This document shows, one piece after another, positions 18,654 to 27,157 of a stretch of DNA of 64,000 nt. The position numbers and the translations under genes were made by a program. The stretch is taken from assembly GCA_946481295.1 (NCBI GenBank), contig CAMLLW010000002.1, positions 33,898 through 97,897 on the forward strand, written 5' to 3'. The DNA is from an uncultured Clostridia bacterium. Lineage in GTDB: Bacteria; Bacillota; Clostridia; Lachnospirales; UBA5962. The notes beneath the pieces were generated by a model. The model worked only from the letters and a program-made list of their open reading frames with translations. It was not told where the DNA came from and ran no database searches. Positions within the stretch are counted from its first letter, which is position 1; every line of letters starts with the position of its first letter.

Positions 18654-19241
18654 ATGAATCAAATACTTGAAAATATTCTATCTAGAAGAAGTGTTAGAGA
18701 ATACAAATCAGAACAAATTTCTAAAGAATCTCTTGATCAAATTTTATTAGCTGGAAGATACGCTGCTAGCGGCAAAAATAAACAACCTTGGAAGTTTATC
18801 GCTGTACAAGATAAAAAAATTTTAAATTTAGTAGATAAAACTTTAAAACAAAGTATTCTTAATATTGATTCAGAAAATACTACAGAAGTTATTTCAAAAT
18901 ATTTAAATTTTTTAAAACCAAAAGCAGAAAGTTCAGATGATTTATTTCTTGGAGCACCAACTTTAATTATTATTGCTGCTCAAAAAGATAACTATACTTC
19001 TAGAGATGATTGTGCTTTAGCCGCAGGAAATATGATGCTTATGGCTACTGAGCTAAATATTGGTAGTTGTTGGTTAGGTATGTTGCCTATTTTTACAGAA
19101 GCTCCAGAAATAAGAAATATATTTGAAGCATTAGGAATACCAGAAAACTATGATATATACTCATCTTTAGCATTAGGATATCCTACTAAAGATTTCAAAA
19201 AAATAATTGATAAAAAAGACGATGTTATTGAAATAATATAA
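18654..19241 (+). CDS. Nitroreductase-family protein, paralog 2
   Basis: RRSVREYK, LLAGRYAASGKNKQ, GSCWL, 195 aa. Confidence 0.85.
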   Translation: MNQILENILSRRSVREYKSEQISKESLDQILLAGRYAASGKNKQPWKFIAVQDKKILNLVDKTLKQSILNIDSENTTEVISKYLNFLKPKAESSDDLFLGAPTLIIIAAQKDNYTSRDDCALAAGNMMLMATELNIGSCWLGMLPIFTEAPEIRNIFEALGIPENYDIYSSLALGYPTKDFKKIIDKKDDVIEII

Positions 19242-19313
19242 TATAATATAGAATATTTTAAAATAAAAATTCTATTACAATAGATATAAAAATTAAATAT
19301 AATATTTATAATC

Positions 19314-19342
19314 TTGCAATATTTAGTAAATTAATATATATT
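19314..19342 (+). promoter_or_regulatory. Putative sigma-A promoter of nitroreductase paralog 3
   Basis: TTGCAA-17 nt-TATATT. Confidence 0.35.
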
Positions 19343-19383
19343 TATATATAATTAAATTTATTTAAATAAGGAGGTTATAAAAT

Positions 19384-19962
19384 ATGAATAAAATACTTCA
19401 AAATATTCTATCTAGAAGAAGTGTTAGAGAATATAAACTAGAACAAATTCCTAAAGAATCTCTTGATCAAATTTTATTAGCTGGAAGGTACGCTGCTAGC
19501 GGCTGGAATAATCAATCTTGGAAATTTATCGCTATTCAAGATAGAAAAACTCTAATAACTTTAAGTGATGCTTTAAAACAAAGTATTCTTAATTTTGATT
19601 CAATAGATGATGAAAATTCTCACTTACACTATTTGAAAAAAAGAGCAGAAAGTGCATATGATTTATTTTATGGAGCACCAACATTAGTTATTGTTACTGG
19701 TGATAAAGATAACTATATGTCTAGAGATGACTGTGCTTTAGCTACAGGAAATATGATGCTTATGGCTACTGAATTAAATATCGGCAGTTGTTGGTTAAAT
19801 CAATTAGTTAATTTCACAGAAGCTCCAGAAATAAGAGCTTTATTTGATACATTAAAAATACCAGAAAATTATAATATATATGCATCATTAGCACTAGGAT
19901 ATGCTGCTAAGGATTTCAAAAAAATAATTGATAAAAAAGACGATGTTATTGAAATAATATAA
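19384..19962 (+). CDS. Nitroreductase-family protein, paralog 3
   Basis: RRSVREYK, LLAGRYAASGWNNQ, GSCWL, 192 aa. Confidence 0.85.
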   Translation: MNKILQNILSRRSVREYKLEQIPKESLDQILLAGRYAASGWNNQSWKFIAIQDRKTLITLSDALKQSILNFDSIDDENSHLHYLKKRAESAYDLFYGAPTLVIVTGDKDNYMSRDDCALATGNMMLMATELNIGSCWLNQLVNFTEAPEIRALFDTLKIPENYNIYASLALGYAAKDFKKIIDKKDDVIEII

Positions 19963-19974
19963 TATAGATATATA

Positions 19975-20012
19975 GTCAGTTCGTAAGCTTCCTGACGTAA
20001 ATTAAAACTAGG
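19975..20012 (+). promoter_or_regulatory. Candidate preQ1-I riboswitch aptamer
   Basis: GUCAG-UUCGUAAGCUUC-CUGAC-GUAAAUUAAAACUAGG has a 5-bp P1, a 12-nt loop starting UUC and an A-rich tail ending ACUAGG. This is the same architecture as the B. subtilis queC aptamer AGAGG-UUCUAGCUACAC-CCUCU-AUAAAAAACUAAGG. It lies upstream of queT. Confidence 0.55.
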
Positions 20013-20038
20013 CATATATTTAAAATCTAATTTTATTT

Positions 20039-20067
20039 GTGCTGCAGTTTTACTGTAGCACTTTTTT
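20039..20067 (+). terminator. Intrinsic terminator. It is a possible riboswitch expression platform and also the 3' terminator of nitroreductase paralog 3.
   Basis: GTGCTGCAGT-TTT-ACTGTAGCAC followed by TTTTTT. Confidence 0.7.
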
Positions 20068-20106
20068 AATAATAAATAAAAATATTGGGGGAAATAAATT
20101 CAAAAT

Positions 20107-20610
20107 ATGAATACATCTACTTTAGTAAAAGTATCTCTTGTTGCTGGAATATACACAGTTGTAAGTCTTTTAATAGCACCTATATCATATGGAATAGTTC
20201 AATTTAGAATAGCTGAAATACTAAATTTATTAGCTTTTATAGATCCATATTATATTATAGGTGTAACATTAGGATGTTTTATTACTAATGTTTTAGGGCC
20301 TGTAGGTTTACCTGATATTGTATTTGGAACTACAGCAACATTTTTAGCAACTGTATGTATATATAAATCAAAAAACTTAATTATAGCTTCTCTATATCCT
20401 ACTATATTTACACCAATTGTTGGTTTAGAACTATACTTATTCTTTGATAATGCGTTTTGGATAGGAACTTTAAGTATTATGTTAAGCCAATTTATAATAT
20501 GTACTATTCTCGGTGTTCCACTATATAAAGTATTATTTAAAAATAAAAATTTTGTAGAAGTACTTAGAATAGATAAAAATAATAATAATATTTATAACAA
20601 AATAAAATAA
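20107..20610 (+). CDS. queT: Queuosine-precursor transporter QueT
   Basis: 167 aa multi-TM protein with VSLVAGIYTVVSLLIAP...QFRIAEILNLL typical of QueT/COG4708. A preQ1-like leader lies upstream. Confidence 0.8.
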   Translation: MNTSTLVKVSLVAGIYTVVSLLIAPISYGIVQFRIAEILNLLAFIDPYYIIGVTLGCFITNVLGPVGLPDIVFGTTATFLATVCIYKSKNLIIASLYPTIFTPIVGLELYLFFDNAFWIGTLSIMLSQFIICTILGVPLYKVLFKNKNFVEVLRIDKNNNNIYNKIK

Positions 20611-20644
20611 AAACCTTTTATCAAATGATAAAAGGTTTTTTTTA
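20609..20644. terminator. Bidirectional terminator between queT and the RND pump
   Basis: AAAACCTTTTATC-AAAT-GATAAAAGGTTTTTTTT. Confidence 0.65.
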
Positions 20645-20652
20645 TTTAAATT

Positions 20653-23600
20653 TTATTCTTGTTTCTTTAGATGTCTTATTCTAGCTCTTTCGTGTTTTCT
20701 TAAAATAAAATCTTCTACTGTATTATACAATATAGGTATTACAACTAATGTAATAAATATTGATAACCCGTATCCAAACATATACGCAATAGCTAAACCA
20801 CGGAATAAGGCATTTCCACCTAATGCTAAAGGTACCATACCTAATACAGAAGTCATTGTACCAAGTAATATTGGTCTAAACCTTTGATTAACAGCTTCTG
20901 CTGCAGCTTCTGATGGACTTAATCCAGATTCAATTAATTCACTAATACATTCTACAAGAATAACTGTATTATTTATAACTATACCCATAAGACTTAATAG
21001 ACCTAAGATAGTAAACAAGTTGAAACCTGGTTTACAAACTACAAGTCCTATACTTGCACCAACGAATCCGAAAGGTATTGAACATAAAACCATTATAACT
21101 TTTCTCATAGAATAGTATTGCATAAATAGTAATATGAATATACCCATAAGACCAACCAATGCACCCATTGCTAATGGTCCTCCTACTTCTTCCATCTTAG
21201 ATAAGTCACCACTATAGTCTACACCGATATCGTCTCCTAAACCAAGAGTTTTAATATCTTTTAAAACTTGTGATTGTAAACTTACGGCACTATATCCAAC
21301 TTTAGGATAAGCAGAAATAATTATACTACGTTTTCCGTTATGTCTTGTAACACTGTGATATATTTCTTGTGTTCCTATATCTGCTACTTGTCCTATTTGA
21401 TGTTTAGCACTAGTAGTAGTAGATTTAATCATTAAGTTTGATAAATCATTACTAGAATGTATATCACCTTTTAATAAAATAGGATATTCTTTATTATTTG
21501 CTCTATATACAGAAATTTTTCTTCCCATTAAAGCAATATTAATTTCATTTTGTACTTCTGCTTTAGTTAATCCGTAACCATTTAAAGTACCTTGTCTCAT
21601 TTTTACATAATATGATAGAGTTTTAAATTGTCTATCACTGTAAACATTTCTTATACCTTCTGTATTATTCATTAAGTTTTCAACTTTTACAGCGGCATCA
21701 TTAAGTTCATCAAAATCATCACCCATTAACCTTAATTGTATTGGTGTTGATGATTCTGGAACAACTCCTAATTGTTTTACTTCTACATATGAGTTAGATA
21801 TAGATTTATCTACTACACCTTGTAAATATTCTACAAAATGAGGTATGTCTTTAAATCTATTGTTACCAGATTCTAAATCAAATCCAAGTATTATATTACC
21901 AGAATTAGTAAGATCAGCTTTTGGTAAAATACTAAAGTCATATTTAGGTATTGAACCACCTACTGAAGTTAAATAATATTTACTTTCTGGTTGTTTCATT
22001 ATAACTTTTACAACGTCATTTACAGCTTTTTCTGTCTTTCTAATATCTGTTAAATCTGTAGTTGTAATACTAATATCTAATATAGATTTTTCACCTTTTG
22101 GCATAAACTCTATATTTAATGTTCCAAGTAATTTAAAAGCACCTAAAACTAAACATATTGCAATAGCAAATGTAACTATTCTATGTTTAGCTGCTAAATG
22201 ATATTCAGCTAATATAACGCCTCTAAATCTATCCATGATGCTTTTTTTGCCTTCACGTTCTACAGCTTTTTTCATCATGAAGAAACATACGATAGGTGTT
22301 ATAAACATAGAAACTACGAATGATGCTAACATTGTAGATATAACAATAGTTGGTAAACTAAATGTAAATAAGTAAGTTGTACCTGGCATAAAATAGAATG
22401 ATATAAATATACATACTGTTGAAAGTGTTGAAACTAAAACTGGGATAGCAACTCCCTTAACACCTTCTGCACAAGCACGAATTCTATCACTATCATCTTT
22501 ATCTAATTGTACCTGTATAGCATCACTAATAACAACAACGTTATCAACAACCATACCTAAGGCTATAATTAAAGCGGCTAATGATATAAATTGAACATCT
22601 ATACCCATAGCTTTCATAACCAGGAACGGAACAACCATTGTTATTGGTATAGCAACGGCAACTATTGTACCATTACGTAAGCTCATACCTAATGTTATTA
22701 CAACTAAAACTATTAAAATCGCTTCTATAACACTACTTGTAAAGTCCCAAATAGAAGCTTTAACGTCTGTTGATAAGTCAGCAACTGTATTTACTTTTAC
22801 GTCGCTTGGTAATTTGCTCTTATATTGATCAATATATTCTAGAACTTCTTTACCTGTTGTTACAACATTAATACCGTCTGCATAATATACATCTAATAAG
22901 ATAGCATTTTTACCATTATAGTTATATAATTTAGTATCTTCATCAACAGTTTTTTCAACTGTAGCAACGTCTTTTAACGTTACAACGTTTCCTGTATCAG
23001 GAGAAATACCAATAATAATATTTCTAATTTCATCTAAATCTTTAAATTTTCCTGATGTTTCAACTGGTATTTTATCAGTATTAAATTTAATTTTACCTGC
23101 TGGTAATAAGTTGTTTTGATATGGTATTAACTTAGATAATTCAGCAAGTGATACTTTTAATCTGTTTAATTTAGCAGTATCTACATCAATTTCAATTCTT
23201 TGAGAAGCTTCTCCATCTACTTCTACTTTTTTAAGACCTTCTCTTGTTCTTAAATCAGTTTTTAATTTGTCAACAATATTATAAAGTTCTTCATTACTTC
23301 TCTTGTCAGATGTAAAAGCTAATACTAAACCTGCTGTATCTCCAATATCAGATGTATATTTTAATTGAGATACGTCTGCTGGTAAAACAGTACCTTTTAA
23401 ATCATTAATTTTATTACGTAAGTCATCTTTACTTTGTTTTTGTTCATCTTCTGGCATATCTAATTGGAAGAAAACTTGAACAACACTTACATTATCATAC
23501 GAAAAAGATTCAACACGATCAAAGCCGTCTGCTTCCATAGCAACGTCTTCAATTTTTTTAGTTACTAGTTCTTCAACATCTTCTGCAGATGCACCTGGAT

Positions 23601-23763
23601 AAACAGCTGAAATAACTGCAACTGGTATACTTATAACAGGATATTGTTGTTTTGGTAAAGCATTATATGTTAAAATACCTGCCACAAAAGTAAAGAATGC
23701 TAGTAAGAGTGCTATATTTCTCTTTTGTAAAACACCATAAAGAAAAAATTTCTTTTCTTTCAC
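20653..23763 (-). CDS. RND-family efflux transporter permease (AcrB/AcrD/AcrF family)
   Basis: 1036 aa with 12-TM, two-large-loop architecture and an N-terminus ALLLAFFTFVAGILTYNALPKQQYPVISIPV typical of the family. Confidence 0.9.
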   Translation of the reverse strand: MKEKKFFLYGVLQKRNIALLLAFFTFVAGILTYNALPKQQYPVISIPVAVISAVYPGASAEDVEELVTKKIEDVAMEADGFDRVESFSYDNVSVVQVFFQLDMPEDEQKQSKDDLRNKINDLKGTVLPADVSQLKYTSDIGDTAGLVLAFTSDKRSNEELYNIVDKLKTDLRTREGLKKVEVDGEASQRIEIDVDTAKLNRLKVSLAELSKLIPYQNNLLPAGKIKFNTDKIPVETSGKFKDLDEIRNIIIGISPDTGNVVTLKDVATVEKTVDEDTKLYNYNGKNAILLDVYYADGINVVTTGKEVLEYIDQYKSKLPSDVKVNTVADLSTDVKASIWDFTSSVIEAILIVLVVITLGMSLRNGTIVAVAIPITMVVPFLVMKAMGIDVQFISLAALIIALGMVVDNVVVISDAIQVQLDKDDSDRIRACAEGVKGVAIPVLVSTLSTVCIFISFYFMPGTTYLFTFSLPTIVISTMLASFVVSMFITPIVCFFMMKKAVEREGKKSIMDRFRGVILAEYHLAAKHRIVTFAIAICLVLGAFKLLGTLNIEFMPKGEKSILDISITTTDLTDIRKTEKAVNDVVKVIMKQPESKYYLTSVGGSIPKYDFSILPKADLTNSGNIILGFDLESGNNRFKDIPHFVEYLQGVVDKSISNSYVEVKQLGVVPESSTPIQLRLMGDDFDELNDAAVKVENLMNNTEGIRNVYSDRQFKTLSYYVKMRQGTLNGYGLTKAEVQNEINIALMGRKISVYRANNKEYPILLKGDIHSSNDLSNLMIKSTTTSAKHQIGQVADIGTQEIYHSVTRHNGKRSIIISAYPKVGYSAVSLQSQVLKDIKTLGLGDDIGVDYSGDLSKMEEVGGPLAMGALVGLMGIFILLFMQYYSMRKVIMVLCSIPFGFVGASIGLVVCKPGFNLFTILGLLSLMGIVINNTVILVECISELIESGLSPSEAAAEAVNQRFRPILLGTMTSVLGMVPLALGGNALFRGLAIAYMFGYGLSIFITLVVIPILYNTVEDFILRKHERARIRHLKKQE

Positions 23764-23776
23764 TTTTACTCACCTC

Positions 23777-25192
23777 TTATTCAGTTACAACTACATCGTT
23801 ATTCTTTAAATTTTTTACTCCATCTACTATAACAATAGCACCTGGTTTTAAATTTTTTACTAATATATCAGATCCTTGTGTATCAGATAAAGAAACTTGT
23901 TTTCTTATAGCTCTTTTTACACCACCTTGTTGTTCTACACAGTAAACATAATTGATATCATCCATGTTTATTACTGCTGACATAGGAACAAATATACCTT
24001 GTCCTGTTTGAATTGGAATTTTAACGTCTACAATTGTACCTGCTGGTAAGTCCATATTTTCAGGTGTAATTTCTATATTATAAGTTCCTGTTGCATCATC
24101 AGGATACAAACTAATAGTTGTTATTTTACCTTTAAATGTAGCATTATCATGAGTTAAAATAGCTTCCATTCCATTTTTTAATTTTTTGAAGTCTTCTACA
24201 GAAACTCCTATATTAATTACAGATTTGCCTGATTTTAATACAACAACTGGTGTTCCTGCTCCAACAACTTCTCCTTCTTTTGAAGTTTTACTTAAAACAT
24301 AACCATCCATTGAAGCTTTTAAAGTTGAATCACTTATGTTTTTATTGGATAATTCTAAAGCTATATTAGCTTGTTTTTCTTGTAATCTTGCTGCATCTAA
24401 TTTAGTATAGGCTGTATTTAAATCGTCTTCCATTGTTTTTATAGCAACTTTTTGAGTTTCTACTTTATTTTTCATAACATCTATACTTTTCTTTTCTAAT
24501 GCAATATCATTATCTCTATCTTGCTCTTTTAATTTTAATTGTTTTTCTACAGTTTCAAAAGCGTATTTTGTATCATCATAATTCTTTTTAGATGCTCCAC
24601 CTGTTTTATATAAAGCAGAAATATTGTCATAATTTTCTTTTGCATTATCATAAGATAATTTTATAGTTTTAATTCCAGTATCATAAGATTCTTGAATCTT
24701 TTTTAATTTCAATTCTTCTGCATCTATACCTAATTCTGCGCTTTTTAAATTTAATTTTTCAGCTTCTATGCCTGATTTGGCTTTGTTAATTCCACTTTCT
24801 ATTTGTTTTATAGAATTTTGTGCTAATAGAATATTTTGTCTTGCATTATCTGCTTGTATATTTAATTTATCAGTATCTAATTGTGCAACAACAGTACCTT
24901 CTTTTACAAATTGTCCTTTATCAACATTTAAGTTTTTTATTGTTCCACCAAGTTCAAAAGATAATTTTCTGACCTCATCTGCTGCAATATACCCTTTATA
25001 ATTAATATATATAGGATAATTTTGATTTTTAGCAACTAAATATTTTACTCTTTTTACATCTGTCGTTTGTTGTGCTGCAGTCTGTTCTGTATTTTGTTTA
25101 TCTTTTGAACCGCATGCTGTTAAAGACAATGTACTTATACCAAAAACAAGTCCTAAAGCAATATTCTTATAATATTTACTCTTTTTAATCAA
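23777..25192 (-). CDS. Efflux RND periplasmic adaptor (membrane-fusion) lipoprotein
   Basis: Lipobox STLSLTACG, a long coiled-coil hairpin, and beta-barrel/biotinyl-lipoyl-like ends. The start is probably TTG 25192 after GGAGGAG (the track starts at 25207). Confidence 0.85.
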   Translation of the reverse strand: MIKKSKYYKNIALGLVFGISTLSLTACGSKDKQNTEQTAAQQTTDVKRVKYLVAKNQNYPIYINYKGYIAADEVRKLSFELGGTIKNLNVDKGQFVKEGTVVAQLDTDKLNIQADNARQNILLAQNSIKQIESGINKAKSGIEAEKLNLKSAELGIDAEELKLKKIQESYDTGIKTIKLSYDNAKENYDNISALYKTGGASKKNYDDTKYAFETVEKQLKLKEQDRDNDIALEKKSIDVMKNKVETQKVAIKTMEDDLNTAYTKLDAARLQEKQANIALELSNKNISDSTLKASMDGYVLSKTSKEGEVVGAGTPVVVLKSGKSVINIGVSVEDFKKLKNGMEAILTHDNATFKGKITTISLYPDDATGTYNIEITPENMDLPAGTIVDVKIPIQTGQGIFVPMSAVINMDDINYVYCVEQQGGVKRAIRKQVSLSDTQGSDILVKNLKPGAIVIVDGVKNLKNNDVVVTE

Positions 25193-25601
25193 CTTAATCT
25201 CCTCCATCTAACACTTGATTTGCTATTAAACTAAATACAAACAACAATGGGGTTACAAAATTTTCCACTTGTACCGTTATGTTGATTAATTGTATTTTAT
25301 TTAAATTAGTTTCTATAGCTTTATTATAAGAAATTTATCACTTAACAAATAATAATAATTTACTAGTATAAACTCCAGCAAACAAATTTTAAATTATAAA
25401 TAAAATTAATTATATGAATCATGCATTTAAATACTTATTAAATTTATATACAATAACAATTATAATTTATATAATTGTTATTTTTATATAATACTAATAT
25501 ATTATTATTCTTTATAATTTTTTCTAAATTATCCTCAACAAAATTTAACTTATATAATAAGTAACTAATAATCATTGATAGTATTTAGTAAAACATTAAA
25601 T

Positions 25602-26195
25602 TTAAGTATTATTTTTTTTATAATTTTTTAATAGACACGAACTTACTAAATCTACTGTATCATTTTTGACAAGTTTTTCTAAAATTTTTTTATCTATATT
25701 TAATTCTATAGAAAGTTTTTCATTTAATGTTTGAAAAGTGATAAATGAAAATATGTGTAACAAAATTTGTATTTTTACATCATCTGAAAGGCTTCCTTCT
25801 GAAAATGTAAAAAGCTCAGATGGTATTTTAAAGAAAAATCCTTTATCTTTCTTATTATCTTTTAAATACTCAACCAGCATTATTCTAAAAACATCTTTTT
25901 CTTGGATAAAAAAATCTAATAATTTTGTTACTCGATTTTCTATTATATTGTAATTACAATAATCCTCCTCACTTTTTTCTTTCTTATCTATAAGATAAGC
26001 TGACTTTTTTAAAGCTCTATCCATAAGTTCTACTAATATGCTCTCTTTACTATCAAAATAATAATATAATGCAGCTTTTGTAATCCCTACTTTATTAGCA
26101 ATAAGATTCATACTAGTTGCATCATAGCCTTTTTTAGTAAATAATTGTTTTGCTGAATCTAATATAGCATCGTTTCTACTTACCCCCCCATGCAC
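25602..26195 (-). CDS. TetR/AcrR-family transcriptional regulator
   Basis: HTH TSMNLIANKVGITKAALYYYFDSKE. The start is probably GTG 26195 (AGGAGG RBS 6-7 nt upstream) rather than the tracked 26228. Confidence 0.85.
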   Translation of the reverse strand: MHGGVSRNDAILDSAKQLFTKKGYDATSMNLIANKVGITKAALYYYFDSKESILVELMDRALKKSAYLIDKKEKSEEDYCNYNIIENRVTKLLDFFIQEKDVFRIMLVEYLKDNKKDKGFFFKIPSELFTFSEGSLSDDVKIQILLHIFSFITFQTLNEKLSIELNIDKKILEKLVKNDTVDLVSSCLLKNYKKNNT

Positions 26196-26221
26196 TTGCC
26201 AACCTCCTATATAACTTTTAC

Positions 26222-26239
26222 TTACCAAACGGTTAGTAA
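26222..26239. promoter_or_regulatory. Imperfect 18-bp palindrome, candidate TetR operator
   Basis: TTACCAAACGGTTAGTAA has 14 of 18 positions dyad-symmetric and lies 27-44 nt upstream of the preferred tetR start. Confidence 0.3.
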
Positions 26240-26512
26240 AATAGCAATAGAATTATATTAAATTTAAATATTTTTGTCAAATTTTTTGATTTTATTCATA
26301 AATTTTTTATAAATTTAAAGTTAAAATTTTATTTATATCTTTTAAAATATTTATATTTATTAAATTATGATATAAAATTCTAATTATTTTAATCTAGTAA
26401 ATTTATGCAAATAGACCTTAATGTTTAAAATTTATCAAATTTAAATGTTAATTATTTATATATTTTACAATAATGAAAATTTTAACGATAATTATTATTA
26501 TATAATATTTAA

Positions 26513-26541
26513 TTGACGCTGCTGGAATTATTTGCTATAAT
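26513..26541 (+). promoter_or_regulatory. Putative sigma-A promoter of ahpC
   Basis: TTGACG-17 nt-TATAAT, 38 nt upstream of the ahpC ATG. Confidence 0.5.
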
Positions 26542-26578
26542 ATTCATAAATTATAAAAAATTTGAGGAGGTTTAAAAT

Positions 26579-27142
26579 ATGTCACTAATAGAAAAGGAAG
26601 TAGCTGACTTTAAAGCACAAGCTTTTCAAATAGATAAGTTTGTGGAAGTATCAAAAGAAGATTTAAAAGGTAAATGGTCTGTTTTTGTATTTTATCCTGC
26701 AGACTTTACTTTTGTATGTCCGACAGAATTAGGCGATTTAGCTGATCAATATGAAGAATTTAAAAAAATAAATTGTGAGGTGTATTCTGTTTCTACAGAT
26801 ACAGAATTTGTCCATAAAGCATGGCATGATGCGTCAGATACAATTAAAAAAATAAAATATAAAATGATTGCAGATCCTACTCATCAATTATCAAAAGATT
26901 TTGAAGTTTTAATTCCTGAGGCTGGTCAAGCATTAAGAGGAAGTTTTGTTGTAAATCCAGAATGTAAAATAGTATCTTATGAAGTTAATCAATTAGGTAT
27001 AGGCCGTGATGCATCCGAATTATTAAGAAAAGTTCAAGCTGCTCAATTTATTGCTGAGCATGGAGATCAAGTTTGTCCTGCTAAATGGAAACCAGGTTCA
27101 GAAACATTAAAACCAGGATTAGATTTAGTTGGAAAACTATAG
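26579..27142 (+). CDS. ahpC: Alkyl hydroperoxide reductase subunit C (typical 2-Cys peroxiredoxin)
   Basis: FYPADFTFVCPTEL (peroxidatic Cys) and resolving Cys in GDQVCPAKW, 187 aa. Confidence 0.95.
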   Translation: MSLIEKEVADFKAQAFQIDKFVEVSKEDLKGKWSVFVFYPADFTFVCPTELGDLADQYEEFKKINCEVYSVSTDTEFVHKAWHDASDTIKKIKYKMIADPTHQLSKDFEVLIPEAGQALRGSFVVNPECKIVSYEVNQLGIGRDASELLRKVQAAQFIAEHGDQVCPAKWKPGSETLKPGLDLVGKL

Positions 27143-27157
27143 GATGGTGTTTAAATA

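Noticed and set aside
19949-19976. TTGAAA-16-TATAGT as the promoter for the preQ1 leader and queT.
   Set aside because: The predicted start site would fall inside P1 of the aptamer (19975..), which is incompatible with a functional riboswitch. It is therefore left unannotated.
26487-26502. PerR-box-like sequence GATAATTATTATTATA upstream of the ahpC promoter.
   Set aside because: It matches about 11 of 14 positions of TTATAATNATTATAA, but the motif is pure A/T in a genome that is mostly A/T, so a chance match is likely. It needs genome-wide motif enrichment before it can be called.
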